A stretch of DNA of 64,000 nucleotides from Octopus sinensis (GCF_006345805.1 NC_043019.1:24799360-24863359); one strand, 5' to 3'; positions 1 to 15,193 are shown, counted from the first letter of the stretch. Notes: generated by a model not told the origin, from the letters alone. Made by a program: numbers and translations.

Positions 1-109
1 TACTAAATATTTTTCATGCAGAAGACGCCCTTGAGATCCGCTGCTTCTACTCAAAGGTATGTATTGACCTTATTCTCTCTTATTTATTTATTTATCATTT
101 TCATGAAAA

Positions 110-640
110 TGAAGACCTTTGGAAGTATGCTGTGTGTGGGAAGACCTGGCAGGACAAGTGAGACCATAATCCATGGCCTCTACCTGGGACGTAGCCAGCC
201 CACTTATGCATACCTTTCCTTCTTGTGACACAAACCCTACTTGTGAAGACCTGTTGAGGCAAGTGAAAATCAAAATCGAAATCGATCAACATCAAGGAAT
301 TGTAGCTGTGATACCAGTGCCGGTGGCACATAAGAGAATCATCTGAACGTGGCTGTTGCCAGCGCTGCCCCGAATGACCTCCGTGCCGGTGGCACGTAAA
401 AAGCACCATCCGATCGTGGCCGTTTGCCAGCCTCGTCTGGCACCTGTGCAGGTGGCACGTAAAAAGCTCCCACTACACTCACAGAGTGGTTGGCGTTAGG
501 AAGGGCATCCAGCTGTAGAAACACTGCCAGATCAGACTGGGCCTGGCGCAGCCTTCTGGCTTCCCAGACCCCAGTTGAACCGTCCAACCCATGCTAGCAT
601 GGAAAACAGACGTTAAACGATGATGATGATGATGATGATG
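110..640 (+). mobile_element. RTE-type LINE 3' tail or derived SINE
   Basis: Repeated gtgccggtggcacgtaaaaagc motif, ggcgttaggaagggcatccagctgtagaaac terminus and (gat)n tail. A decayed second copy lies at about 1080-1420. Confidence 0.6.
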
Positions 641-706
641 TTGAAGACATTGCAAGAAAAAAAAAGTGTCAATCATTAAAGCAAACTTAATGTAAAAGGG
701 ACAAAC

Positions 707-835
707 CCGTATCTGTCGATCAGCAGAGCCAGTTAAGAGCAGATTTTGTACTTGATGTCCATTATCTAATTTAAGGGGCAACAGGCAGGTAATAGGAAGT
801 GTGTGACCCTGCAGGGTGCATAGTTTCTGGACAAA
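707..835 (-). CDS. WDR41: WDR41 exon (FVQKLCTLQGHTLPITCLL...LLLTGSADRQIR), 129 nt, phase 0/0
   Basis: Acceptor ttgttgcag and donor gtttgt. Contains WD40 GH and TGSAD motifs. Resembles human WDR41 LELNGHTQKITAI...LILTASADRTV as recalled. The next exon is not found in the window and probably lies off the left edge. Confidence 0.88.
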
Positions 836-1460
836 CTGCAACAAGAAAGCAAACATGTTAATAATTACATTTCAACACGAATAAATGTCCACCATTCACT
901 GCATTCGCCTCCCTGACATCTCTCACATAAACTGACTTACCTACCCACTCCACCCTGTCCATTCCTCTGGACCACTTCCCTTTTATTCACCTTCCTGCTA
1001 CACAAGGGTACACCCTGGCACATCTTCACCACCCTTTTCTCTCTCTTTTCTAACTAGGGCTGCTATGTATCTCCTCTACAACAAGGCACTTGTTTCTGTC
1101 TCTCTCTGTCATACTTTGACTCCTCATCACCTGGCCATAGCCATCTCCCTCAACACTATTCCCACTTGAGTTGAGAGGCCTTGTCTTGTGAGTTACTTGG
1201 TGATATCACTGCTGCCAGTGCCATGTAAAATGCACCCAGTACTCACCATAAGTTGGTTGGTATTAGGAAGGGGACCAAGCCATAGAAACCATGAAAAAAC
1301 AGACACTGCAGCTTGGCACAGGCCTCTGGTTCACTAGTTCTTGTCGAACCATCCAACCAGCCAACCAATAATAGCATGGAAGGAGGACCTTAGATGACAA
1401 TGAGGAGGAACTGAGGTTAATGATGAGCAATCTTGATACAAAATTTCACAAAATTCTTAC

Positions 1461-1509
1461 CTCAACATCCCAAATGATGATGGTAGCATCATCAGCAGCT
1501 GAAGCAAAC
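1461..1509 (-). CDS. WDR41: WDR41 exon ((R)FASAADDATIIIWDVE), 49 nt, phase 2/0
   Basis: Acceptor tctctctcttcag and donor gtaaga. WD dipeptide. Matches WDR41 RFASAGDDGIVVVWN. Phases fit both neighbouring exons. Confidence 0.9.
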
Positions 1510-1747
1510 CTGAAGAGAGAGATATAAAATGGTTTTGTTAGCAAAGAAGTCTTTCCTTGTTGCTGGGTTGCAAGGGAGTCGTTTTGGTTGTTTTAAAACA
1601 GGTTTGTTGTAGCTTATGATTATTGGTCAGAAATACTGAGCAGAGTCTATATGTATGTGTATGTGTTAGAGAGAGAGGAGTGTGTGTCTGTGTGTGCGTA
1701 TGTGTATGTGCATGCATGATGAAAGAGGAAATAAAAATGGAGCAAAC

Positions 1748-1860
1748 CTTCTGTTGTCAAGTCGCAGAAGTTTGCGGACAATATCTTTGTGATCTTCAAG
1801 TAAATGTATTTCTGTATATAAATTGTAAGGCTGGCCATGATCCAAAGTGTCTGGTTTTTC
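1748..1860 (-). CDS. WDR41: WDR41 exon (EKPDTLDHGQPYNLYTEIHLLEDHKDIVRKLLRLDNR-R), 113 nt, phase 0/2
   Basis: Acceptor ttttttttgtcag and donor gtttgc. Matches WDR41 NPYTELLVLKAHHDIVRFLVQLDDYR. Confidence 0.9.
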
Positions 1861-2502
1861 CTGACAAAAAAAAAAAGAAATTTAGATGTAACAGTCAGCA
1901 CCACCATGAACAATTTCTTCATTTTCTTCATTATTATCAATGCCACCACTGTTATTAACTTCTTCCTCCACCTCATCACCTTTCTAATAATCTATTCATT
2001 AAAAAATTTTTAGACCAAATTTCATCATTATATTCCAAATATCAGGGATATTGCAGTTGTTGTACATCATAGATGACAACTTTTAATTAATCTAATTAAT
2101 AGGCAGACCTTCACTCAAAAACAGTGTACAATGATGCACTGTAAGTGCACCTTCCACCACCACCACCACCACCACTACTATCACTGTTCCAGTTGCACAT
2201 TGAATTGACAGTGATTTAAGTCACTCTTCCACATCCACTTTTCCATCTTCCATCTCCAGCTTTTGACATTCCAAACCCTTGCTAAACATTTCCTCTAATC
2301 CTTTCTTCTTAACATTGCAATTTTCTAAAACAAACTGTCACAAACACACTTGGCTTTGCTGGCCAAATTGGAGCATAAAAAGTTTATTTGTAAGACAGGC
2401 CAAACTAAATGGATAAATGGGACACACACACACACTCACACACACACACACACACTCACTCACACACACACACACATGCATGCATTGTATATATATATAT
2501 AT

Positions 2503-2795
2503 ATCATGTGATCACATGACCGACCAGACCATCAGATGTTATTACACATCGCTGGTCACAATGCGTTCGCATTGTTTTAGCCTTCGAATGACACCACCCC
2601 GCTGGCTAAGCGAGCAGGCCAACAGAAGAAAGAGTGGGAGAAAGAGTGGTGAAAGAGTACAGCAGGGATCACCACCCCGTGCCGGAGCGTCGTGGAGCTT
2701 TTAGGTGTTTTCGCTCAATAAACACTCACAACGCCCGGTCTGGGAATCGACCGTGATCCTGCGACCACGGAGCCGCTGCCCTAACCACTGGGCCA
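2503..2795 (-). mobile_element. tRNA-derived SINE, family C head with an alternative tail
   Basis: Reverse complement has an A-box-like tggcccagtggttagg and B-box-like gattccc, and the same body as the 18751 and 30970 copies. The 3' part is different. Confidence 0.75.
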
Positions 2796-3399
2796 TATAT
2801 ATATATATATATACACACAGTGTACATTTAAACACATAAGAGGTATCCGTCATAGGATTCCTTGCACGCTAGAAGGAACAGCTAAAATCCAAACCACTAT
2901 TAGGGATAAACTTCGAAGGGAATGAAAAATAAAAACATTTACCATCTATCTCTGGACCATGGTTTCAGACTTTTTTTTTAGCAAATAAAATAATTTGCTA
3001 GGCGAAGTCTTTATAATTTTTCAAAATTATAATGTATAAGCTTTACCCAACTCAGTTGAGTCTTGCAAGTACCGGGTGACCTCACCACTGCTGGAGCCAT
3101 GTAAAAAAACACCCAGTATGTTCTGTCAAGGGTCATCTGTTCTAATCAAACTCCCGAACCCATGCTGGCAGGGAAATAAATTATATACTTATATATATTG
3201 TACAAGGTTTGACTCTGGATTTCACTTATGAACATTTTAAAGACAAAACTTTATAGATCTTAACTTGGATGACTGAAATACACTGAAGAACATACACACA
3301 CATATGATTAATTAGTAAAAACCTCAGTGTGCGTGTGTGTGTGTGAATTTGTTTCCATTTACCTTATTACTCAACCTTAAATATTTGTGTTTAACTCAC

Positions 3400-3461
3400 T
3401 TGTTCAGGTGAATCATCTGCGTTTCTCATGTTCTTCTGTGTGAATGCAAAAGCAACTGGTT
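3400..3461 (-). CDS. WDR41: Probable WDR41 N-terminal exon (xPVAFAFTQKNMRNADDSPEQ), 62 nt, ends phase 0; start may be the internal ATG (MRNADDSPEQ)
   Basis: Strong acceptor tttctttaatttcag and donor gtgagt. Open frame joins the 1860 exon in phase 0. No homology recognised for this segment, and the start codon is unresolved. Confidence 0.65.
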
Positions 3462-5625
3462 CTGAAATTAAAGAAATTACTTCTATAAAACCATTTCTTA
3501 TTTTTGCTTAGGAACAAGACCAAGAATTTTGAATAAGCCTGTGATATACAGGGTAAAAAGTCAGGTAAGCGTAGCAGGATTTGATCTCATAATTTTGAGA
3601 ACTGAAGCAAAATATTAAACATCAGTAAGTTCAGCTGCAGGGAAAATTGATAACTAAGCAATGATCCATTCTTTTTTCTTTTAATCTTAATTATAGAATT
3701 GGACCATTTTCAGTGTTGGAATTTAAGTTTTCTCTTCTATATGTTTGTGTATATGGGAACGTTTTAATTCTGTGAATAAAAGAAAAATATTCCTGCTAGA
3801 TTTACACATTTTTGTCAATTTATTCAATAGGAATATTGATCTATAAAAAAATTATGAAAATCATAGATTTGTTGCAATTTTTCCACCATTTGAATCTTAT
3901 TCTGGATGTGCAAAATCAACTGACATGTAATAAAAGTGAGAGGTTGCTGGGGCATTTAAAGATTAGCTGAGATGTTGATGTGAGACTGCTTTACACCTAG
4001 ATGGATATGTGATGTGTATGGAAAGGAACACTGGAATCTGTTGGTGTTTTGATAAACAACCATTTATTCTTTTTGTACACACACACACAAAAAAAAAACC
4101 GATAGTTGTTATTACTAACAGCAAAAGGTTTTTGTTCTTGGTGCAGTTGTAGCAGCTGATAAAGTGTGGTTAGTTGCTTGCTGGCAACCAACTTCTAATG
4201 TTGTGCATCCTCCAGCTGGTCATTGTCTTCATGTTGTCAGCTGCTATCCACCATCTCTGTTGGTCAACTCGTACAGCATCTGTCAATGCTCTCTCTGCTG
4301 CATCCTAAAGCTTTCTGTCTGGTAGTCACAACATACTGAATTTATACTGGTTGATAGGCTCAGAAGGAATCACTGCTGGAGCCTATTTGATGCAAAGTCA
4401 TGATTGATTAGATTTTGTTAGTCATGTAAGCAATATTCTAGTGAATTGTGATATTGGATGAGAACAAATGATTTGCATTTGGGTGGATGATGATGATATC
4501 AAATGATACCTGGAAGAAGAAGACCAAGACAAATAGGACCCAAGATTAGCAGATTTGCTGGAGTGTTGAATAAAATCATTGTGGTATTTAGTTTTCATTC
4601 TCTAATTACAGAGTTTATACAACGTTGGCATAAACTTTCATTCTTCATGGAGGAGAGAGAGTGATAAAATAAAGTGTGAATCAAGCAGTAAGGCAGATTT
4701 AATATTTCTATAATTGCTCAAGATATAAATAAATGGAATTATAATAAAAAACTAAACAGTGCAAAGATGAAAGATAAAGTCAGAGGTAAAGAGAGATTTA
4801 CGCTCAGAAACTAGAGATACAGAAATAAATACTAAAATACATTTAGTTGTGTTTGTCCATCTTTGACCACCCTAACTACGTAATATCCAGCAGAAGTACT
4901 TTCTCCTTCCATTCTAAACATTTGTACCAAACCCGAATCCAAATAGATTTCTGATCCTTTTATTTCAACTTTATATTATCCCCTATAAGGTGTCAATACC
5001 TTTAGAATCAGTGATCACTTATCTAAAGGCCAAGACAGGACTATAGTTTCAATTGAACCCAATTTACTTCACCCTCATCACTAATTTCTTTAAAAGCTAT
5101 GTGTCTCATTTCTCCTCTAAATTTAATGTGTCCTTTCTTTGACAAAGGGTTCGTCTGCTGTTTCTAGCTGGTCAACTAGTTTAAAATATGGGTAATTTCT
5201 ATCCAGTTTAAAATCTAGGGCTTTCAGAGGTTGATAAAACAGTAGTTAAATATGAAAAAAAAAAAGTATAATCGATTGAACTTTTAATAGCAATTCTCAA
5301 ACATGGCCGAAGGACACACTAAAACCCAAAATAAAAAAAAAATGTTTGAACAAATAAGGGAGAGAACTCTTGATAACCGTTTATAATTTATTCTTCGGTT
5401 AAGTTGGACATGCAAGAATAAGGAAACTAAACGAGACACCAGAACAAACAGTGACAATTTTTGGTTTTAAATTATTCTACGAGTTGAAATGTCTAGTGAC
5501 AACATGTAGTTCTAACAATAGCTTCGGTGTCGAAAGGCAACGTATGTATGATTGACTGAATTGATTTCAAGCCAGTTGTTAGAATTAGAAGGCCCCAATG
5601 AATAAAGACATGTACGTGTGAATGA

Positions 5626-5660
<35 letters not shown>

Positions 5661-5942
5661 AGTCACTGATCGTTTTGATTGATTTACTTTCATAACTGTT
5701 CGTCTCATAAACCTTCGAACATTCAAGACGTTTCCCTATCGACTCTACCTCAGTACATAGCTAGGGTTTATTCTATTCATTTCCGAGGGACTGAAGCAAA
5801 AAAAAAAAAAGAAAAAGAAAAAAATGCGAAGAAAAACAGACCACACCAGGATTCGAACTTCGAACGTTCAGACACGAAACCAAACTGCACATTCATTTGA
5901 CCAGTGTGCTAATGTTTACCGCCAACTAACTCTTCCATTTAC

Positions 5943-6071
5943 CTTATTCTTCCCTTAATAATTAATCAAGGTATCATAGAAAACCTGCAGGTCCGTGTGA
6001 CGATTGCTTGCCACATCGCAGCCATCCTGTTTTCATATTTTCTCAGTTGACATGTAAGTTGAATGGTGAGT
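5943..6071. promoter_or_regulatory. Candidate WDR41 first exon / TSS region, possibly bidirectional
   Basis: Minus-strand donor AAG|gtaaat (exon end 5943) and minus-strand caggATGGCTGCG (YY1-like, possible uORF). Plus-strand donors GTAAGT at 6054 and GTGAGT at 6066. Confidence 0.3.
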
Positions 6072-7661
6072 GTGTGATGTTCATGCCTTCGTGTTGGAGA
6101 GACAGTGTGCTAAGACATGCCTACAAACAACAAATGAATCGGGAGCAATTATTGTTTTAAAGTGATTTTTTAAATATTCCCCTTTACCGTAATTGTAACA
6201 TCACTCTGTGGTGGTGATGGTGTGTGTGTGTGTGTGCGCGCGTGCATGTGTGTGTGTGCGTGCATGTATGTGTGTGTGTGTGCGTGTAAACATAATTTAT
6301 ATTAAAGCAAGCGCTCACACCCTTTTCACACATCCGCTCATTATGATAAACACACACAACACCGAGCAATGAAGCTTGGAAATTAAAAGAGGTATAATTC
6401 ATCAATGAATGCTGTCCAACTCGAACCCTGATTCGAGTGGCCAAAGAAGGTAATGAATGGGAACAGGGTCGTGTTTTGATTTTAGGGATGTGACAGGCGA
6501 CCAGGAGGAAATAAATTAACGAGTTGATCATATTAATACAATATCGATATATACTGATCAAATGACTCTTTTGAGAAACACGTATTAAATAATCGAATAT
6601 AAACATACCTTAATGAATATCTATCACGATCATGATTTTATATATAAAATATTGTTTACCATTATTATAAAATACACGTTAATGTAAAATCTCTACCGGT
6701 GTCTGGTAGAAAACGTCGACTATAAAAAGACATCCATAGTGACAGAAAACAAAAAGTGAACACCGCTTTTTCTAATGATTTCTAATTATTCCCACGACCT
6801 GTTCTGTCTCGATATGTAGTTGTTGCAGTTTAGTCATTATCGAACAGATCTATGGTGAAAGACATTCCACTTGTAGCCATCCCGTATCTTCGCGTTCGGC
6901 GTCAGACACCGGGATAAACGATTATGTTCTTCCTTTGACAAAGATTCGTCTGCTATTTCTGGCTGGCTAGGCTAAGCGGCGGTTTAGATTAGTCGTGAGC
7001 AATCAGCGACCCGTGGGACTTTCTGCATTCAGTTGGAGGAACAGAGTGGAGTAAGTGGAGCAAGGACACGCACGAAAACGAAAAATGCCGCTGAAGAGGT
7101 CACACAGATGAGTGACGAACGATTTCCAATGGACATGAGTTACAATTTAATAAGTAAGAACAGTAATAAATGAGTGAAGAACAAATATATAATGCGTGTG
7201 TTTATTCAACGAAAAAAAAAATGACCGTCCCGAAATACAATATTTGAATTAGTTTCCAAGAACCATAGACGAGCACGCACATGTACACACACACACACAC
7301 ACATACACATGGGAAGTTGCTTATTGTGACTAAACTAGGATGAAGCATTCTTGATAACAATAAACGACTGATAACATTATGGAAATATAGAATTGAGAAT
7401 GACCTAATTTTAATGACATAATTCCTGATTATAATAAGCGGTTTCCACCGTATATAAATGTCTGTGTGTGTGTGTGTGTGTATGCACGTATATATGTATG
7501 TGTGCGTTCTATTGTTTCCCCTTTGTGTTCTCTAAATTATTCCAACAAAGAAAAAAAAAAGCCAATTAATAACGAACAAAGTTCCTTCATTGAAATTCAG
7601 TCAGTAATTAATTAGTATGACTAATAATGAATTAGTGTGTGTTGTGTTGTGTGCATATATA

Positions 7662-7962
7662 CAGGCACAGGAGTGGCTGTGTGGTAAGATGCTTGCTTCC
7701 CATCCACATGGGTCCGGGTTCAGTCTCACTGGGTGGCACCTTGGGCAAGTATTTTCTGTTTTAGCCTCGGGCTGACCAAAGCCTTGTGTATATATATACG
7801 ATGGGCTCCTTTCAGTTTCCGTCTACCAAATCCACTCACAAGAGTTTGGTCGGCCCGATGTTATAGTAGCAAACATTACCCAAGGTACCACGCAGTGGAA
7901 CTGAACCCGGCACCATGTGGTTGCTAAGCAAGCTACTTGCCACACAGCCACTCCTGTCTGCC
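7662..7962. mobile_element. Two SINE family A heads in inverted (tail-to-tail) orientation
   Basis: ggagtggctgtgtggtaag...ccttgggcaagt...aaagccttgtg on + (about 7662-7787) and its reverse complement at about 7798-7962. Confidence 0.8.
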
Positions 7963-8378
7963 TATAAATCAGAAAGAAAAATTTATGTAAATTGAAATAT
8001 AGATTTTCGTTGTGGGGTAAATAATAATGTATGTGCAGAATAAAGGGAGGGACTCTCCTGACAGACTGTTTCACAGTTTGTTCACTACTCCTTTGAGAAG
8101 ACAACCATTCTCCTTTCTCAATCAACAGAATAGCTCGGCTGCTTATAAAGCAGTCACAAATTAGGCTAGCACATTAGTGTACAATCTAATTTGCATATTT
8201 GTGCTTTTGACATTTAGTCGTTAATTGCATAATGTCTGTTTATGCACAAAGCAGAGTAAATCAGTGTTCTTTTCACTGAATTTTAATGAGGTTACAAGAA
8301 ATTCATACACACATACCCTCATACACATATTCACATACATAGACACTCATACACACATACTCATACATACACAAATGA

Positions 8379-8413
<35 letters not shown>

Positions 8414-8588
8414 TGTGTACATGTGCGCGCGCGTCTATGGTTCTTGGAAACTAATTCAAGTTCAGTTAAACAGAACATAATTGTCTCCATGAAAAGCTGA
8501 TCAACTGGGTTAGCGTTTAGAACATTATAATTTTAATGAATTGAGGAATTTGGGGGAAAATATGCATTTTCATACATCCATCCATTCA

Positions 8589-8633
<45 letters not shown>

Positions 8634-8718
8634 ATATATATATGTGTGTGTGTGTGTAGATATATATATATATATATTTATATTTATACACACGCCATAC
8701 ACATATATAAATATATAG

Positions 8719-8759
<41 letters not shown>

Positions 8760-8804
8760 GTTATGTGTGTGTGTGTGTGTGTAATTGTGTGTGTATACAC
8801 ATTA

Positions 8805-8970
8805 GGTGTGACTGTATGGTAGCAAGTCTGCTTCCCTACCATACGTTCTTAGGTTCAGTCCCGCTGCGTGGAATCTTGGACAAGTGTCCTCTGTTATGTA
8901 GCCCCAGGCTGAGCAAAGCCTTGTGAGTGGATTTAGTAGACGGAAACTGTGTGGAAGACCGTCATCTCTA
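8805..8970 (+). mobile_element. SINE family A head fragment
   Basis: ggttcagtcccgctgcgtgg...aaagccttgtgagtggatt...gacggaaact. Confidence 0.7.
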
Positions 8971-9040
8971 TGTGTGTATGTGTGTGTGTGTATGTGTGTG
9001 TGCGTGTGTAGATAGATAGATAGGTAGATAGGTAGGTAGG

Positions 9041-9104
<64 letters not shown>

Positions 9105-9131
9105 ACGCACACATATATGTATACATGTGTG

Positions 9132-9162
<31 letters not shown>

Positions 9163-9368
9163 CCATAAATATATAATTATGCATGCTTATAGCTATTGTT
9201 GTTGAGTGTATACGCAAATGCCTTTGCTATTCGTGTATGCGTGTGTCCATGTATTGTGTGCAGTTGTATGTCACAACGCCACATCGTCTGTAACACTGAC
9301 GCAACTTATTTGTGCGTGAAATTAAACGACAAAATGGTGTTGTATTTGGAGAGCTAGACCTATGTGAA

Positions 9369-9410
<42 letters not shown>

Positions 9411-9490
9411 TGTGTTTGCGCGTTTGAAGGGGAGAATAAAAACCAAAAATGTGCCAACTGCAATCCATCTATCTTTGTGTGTGTGTGTAG

Positions 9491-9574
<84 letters not shown>

Positions 9575-9769
9575 CGCACACACATACACACATATAGACA
9601 CATGTACATTCATACACACATTCACACACGCACATTGTGAAGTTTGTTTTGACTGGGGCTTCAAAAACTCCTGACGTTTCATTCAGCTCACTGAATTTGA
9701 CTTTAGTCTCCGTATTGAGTTCCTCCCAAACGCCCGACGCCACCACTAAAAGTGCCATTGTTATTCTTG

Positions 9770-10439
9770 CGAGCGTGACCTAGGTATCACTGTCAGCAGT
9801 GATTTGCGTTGGACAAAGCATATCTTTAAAATTGTCAAGAAGGCCGAGGGTGTCTTGGTATCACTCAGCAAGACTTTTGTTAGCCGCTCTCCAGCCATCT
9901 ATTTAAAACTGTATACAGCTATGGTACGACCACACTTGGAATTCGCATCATCAGTTTGGAATCCCTATCTTGCTCAGAACATTGACCTCCTGGAATCTGT
10001 CCAGAGACGTGCAACCAAACGCATACCCTCCATCAGACACCTACCATATTCTGAGCGCCTTGTTTCCCTGGGCATGGATTCACTGAAGCTCCGGCGTCTG
10101 GCGACGGACTTGGTAAACCACAAGGTTATCAACCACCTCACCAACAACAACACTGAACACCTTTTTGATCTCCATGTGTCTAACACACGTGGACATGCCT
10201 ACAAAGTCAGAAAACAACACAGCTCCCATGACTTTCGGAAACATTTTTTCACGCTCAGCGTTGCTGAAGCGTGGAATAAACTGCCTGCGTCAGTTGTTGA
10301 CTGCCATGACACTGCATCCTTTAAGGCCCTCATGCTTTCCGAAATCCGCCGAAACTACACCTGATTATATATATACACTTTAGATGAGTTGTAGTGCACC
10401 TGAGCACTGTACACAATTATTATTATTATTATTATTATT
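9770..10439 (+). mobile_element. CR1/L2-like LINE, 5'-truncated 3' end
   Basis: ORF 9804-10364 has RT C-terminal motifs (ERDLG, LYTAMVRPHLEFASSVWNP, LESVQRRATK, RGH, WNKLP). (att)n tail at about 10416-10439. Confidence 0.9.
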
Positions 10440-10659
10440 CTTAACCCCTTGACAATATTCACGCACACACATGGTGATTTCATATCAAGATAAACAGCGC
10501 ATGACTTTGCCGGTGGAACCAAGTTAGAATTTTCTCTCAGGTCGAGTAGCCCATCCCGCTCAAAAGGTCCCTGAATAAGGTTTGTTTAAGGATGTTGAAC
10601 GAAACACCCACGTTTCCAAAAGTGAATTATCTAAACCCGAAAGAATTTCTCTCAACACA

Positions 10660-10990
10660 TTACTTCTTTTTATCACAGATTTTGTTGGAACTCCTGCAGT
10701 CTTGCATGCGTAGCGGGCTTACTACCTGCAGCCTACCATAACATGCTTTTCGCTCTTTCCAGCTATGTAATACTTTCCTGATTATTCTGGCCGTGCCTAG
10801 GAGGCAAACCCTTTGTAACAATTCTACTGGGCAATCTATTCCGATTTCCTTTATATTCCTCTTGATGCCTTCTGATACTGTTCCCAAGGACCCAGCAATA
10901 ATTAGCACTATCTTCACCTTTTCATTTTCCATAGCCAGGCTATTTCGTACTTAAGAGGGCGCTGTATTCATCTATTTTTTCGCTTTCCTT
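10660..10990 (-). mobile_element. RLE-type non-LTR retrotransposon (R4/Dong/HERO-like) C-terminal fragment
   Basis: KIVLIIAGSLGTV...LQRVCLLGTARIIRKVL is the C-terminal signature downstream of a restriction-like endonuclease. Confidence 0.75.
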
Positions 10991-11161
10991 CTTGACTATT
11001 CGTGAATAGCATGCAACATCAGCTATATATCACATGTGGTGCATCTTGTTGACCACCACTACGTCCGATTTCTTATGTTCTAGCACCTGATCTTGCTCTA
11101 TTAGGAGAATTTGAGTAAAATTATATTAATGTGTCCAACTGATTAAAATTTTTTTTTATTT

Positions 11162-11249
11162 ATGCAGCTGAGGATAACCCTGCATTCAAATTGATGTAAT
11201 GATTGCATTGTTCAATTAAATGGAGCCGCTTGAAACGGTCGTACTGCAT
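11162..11249 (+). ncRNA. Type-I hammerhead ribozyme candidate
   Basis: Stem I atgcag/ctgcat, core CTGAGGA (11168-11174), GAAA (11232-11235), stem III A-CGGTCG-T, GTA triplet. The base of stem II is imperfect. Confidence 0.6.
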
Positions 11250-12270
11250 CATCTCTTGATATCCTGTTGCTTATTTTGATTTTATTCACCTTACTTTGAG
11301 TTGTGCGGATAATGCCGCACTAACTTGGTGCTTCAACCTAAGTACCTAATTCAACTGAATCTTAATTATATATATCAAAGTATACAATATTATACATCTA
11401 TTTCAGCTAATCTTACCAACCGGTTTCGCACAAGGTATAAGGTAATCTAATTTAAGATAATGCCTCAGTTAACTTATATCACGTGCTCTTCAGAGATAGT
11501 AGGTATAGAAAAAATATAGCGAAAATCAACTGAAATAGATCTATAATGCAGTATACTTTGATTTCTTTACCCACATTATTGACAAGAAGACGAGTGCATA
11601 TTTTTTCACATATATGGCCTCTTAGACGACTACACACACACACAAACTAAAAAACACATATGAACAAAACTACAACAGACAAGTGATGTAAATAGTAAGA
11701 CTGTGGTGTCATGATACTCTGCAGACCATCTGTCCGACAAAATGTACACACATATATGTTTTACGTCTGTCGCATGTGCAACGCTACAAACGGCTAGATC
11801 AAGCTGTGTTTTTAAATTATGGAAACTGTTTCACTTTTATGTCATGGCGAGCAACGCTTCAGAACTACATAGTTTATGACTTCGCTAGTTTATTTTTTGT
11901 ATAACAGCCATGCTACAGTACCGTCTTCAGGGCTTTCAGCTGGCTGATTTGATACCAGCTCTTGGATATTAATTTTATAGATTTCTATTTCTGAAAATCT
12001 TTCCCAGTAGAAACGGAGTGTTTAGTTTCCAGTTGATAGTTTGATTTGACGCGCGCATATAACTACATGCCGGCATATAACTACATACATACACATGTAC
12101 GTCTATATGTGTGCATAAAGGTGAGGAAGAAGAACTCAACACATAACTTATAGTTAATGAGAACAAAAACTATAATTCCAAGATATGTGTGTGTATTTAT
12201 ATATATATATTTATATATATGTGTGTTTGTGTGTGTGTGTATGTAGATATATATATATGTACGTATCTAT

Positions 12271-12341
<71 letters not shown>

Positions 12342-12343
12342 CC

Positions 12344-12432
<89 letters not shown>

Positions 12433-12450
12433 CGATCTATCTATCCATCC

Positions 12451-13830
<1,380 letters not shown>

Positions 13831-13995
13831 TATATGTGCGTGTATGTGTGCGTGTATGTGTGTGTGTGTATGCGTGTGTGAGTATGTATATATGTATATA
13901 TATGGATACATACATACATGTACATATGTTCATATATATGCACATATATATATATATATATACACACACATATAATTATGTATGTAGGTATGTGT

Positions 13996-14046
<51 letters not shown>

Positions 14047-14639
14047 TATGTGTGTGTGTGTGTGTGTGTTTGCATAAACATGTCACTGGCAAGCGCGTGT
14101 ACTAGTATGGTCTGTTAGTTTGTACTAGTTTTTTGCTAATTGTTTCAGACGCCAATGTAATCGCAACCAGGTATAGACTCTGCCTGGTCCCCCCCTCCCC
14201 CCTCCCTCCCTCTGCCTTTGGTCTAACGGAATGGGAAGAATGCGGTAGCGGAAGGGAGAGGGGGCTGCAACAGTGCTGGTACTTATTACAAGTGAATAAA
14301 CTGCAGTAACGTGAAATGATGTGACTTGCCCAAGAACACAATGCGCCGCCTGGTTTAGGAATCGAAATCACGACATTATGATCGCGAACTGCACTCGGAG
14401 AATGAGCACAAGGCCGACCCATCTTTGTTCTTAAAGTGTCTGCAACAGAAACATGTATTAAACATGAACGTCGGAAGGTGGGAAGACATCGCAAATGATT
14501 GCTTTTATATTATTTTTTAGTTCCTTATGGTTTAGTTTGGAATAATAACATTACTAAGGTCCATAATGTTTCCAAACCTCTCGGTCACATCTTTTTGGTG
14601 GAGTGATGATAGTGAGGTCGTAGTTACGTTTTATAGAAG

Positions 14640-14858
14640 GCAATAAAGGGATCAAGGAAGCGAAATGCGTAGCCGTATTTCATCTGCCGTTACGTTCTGA
14701 GTTCAAATTCCGCCGAGGTCGACTTTGCCTTTCATCCTTTCGGGGTCGATAAAGTAAGTACCAGTTAATCACTGGGGGTCGATGTAATCGACTTAATGCG
14801 TTTGTCTGTCCTTGTTTGTCCCCTCTATGTTTAGCCCCCTGTGGGTAATAAAGAAAGA
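14640..14858 (+). mobile_element. SINE family B
   Basis: ttctgagttcaaattccgccgaggtcgactttgcctttcatcctttcggggtcgataaa...agccccctgtgggtaataaag. Confidence 0.85.
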
Positions 14859-15193
14859 GATGTTCTAACTAGTTTCATTATTTCCAGTCGACTTACCTGA
14901 AAATGAATACTAAAACCAACACCACCAGCAGCAGCAGCAATAACAGCGGCGACGGCAGTAGCGACAGCAGCAGCAACGTACCGTCCAGTGGGCAGTGTTG
15001 AACTCTCAGGCCCCTAAAGGCCTCGAAAATCTGGATAAACTCCGACTTCACAAACCTCGAAGCAAACTGAAATATTTAATGTACCCGTTCATTTTAAAGA
15101 TTAAATACGTCACCCGGTTTAGCCCGTCCGCCGGGCACCTTAGATTTCTTTTCACGGATTCTACTCTGTTGTAAGCATTCAGGTCGTTTTCCG

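Noticed and set aside
4190-4330. Minus-strand ctttag followed by DAAERALTDAV...WWIAA as an exon
   Set aside because: No donor found, and it resembles the AAER...W tail of a decayed non-LTR element.
7040-7090. EWSKWSK, a WSxWS-like motif
   Set aside because: Derived from a reversed, decayed SINE D, and followed by a stop.
7091-7125. CTGAAGA-G-GTCAC...GTGAC-GAAC hammerhead-like string
   Set aside because: GAAA is incomplete and there is no stem I or stem III pairing.
9360-9758. ORF starting MALLVVASGVWEELN
   Set aside because: Two thirds is microsatellite. The unique part has no recognisable motif or donor site.
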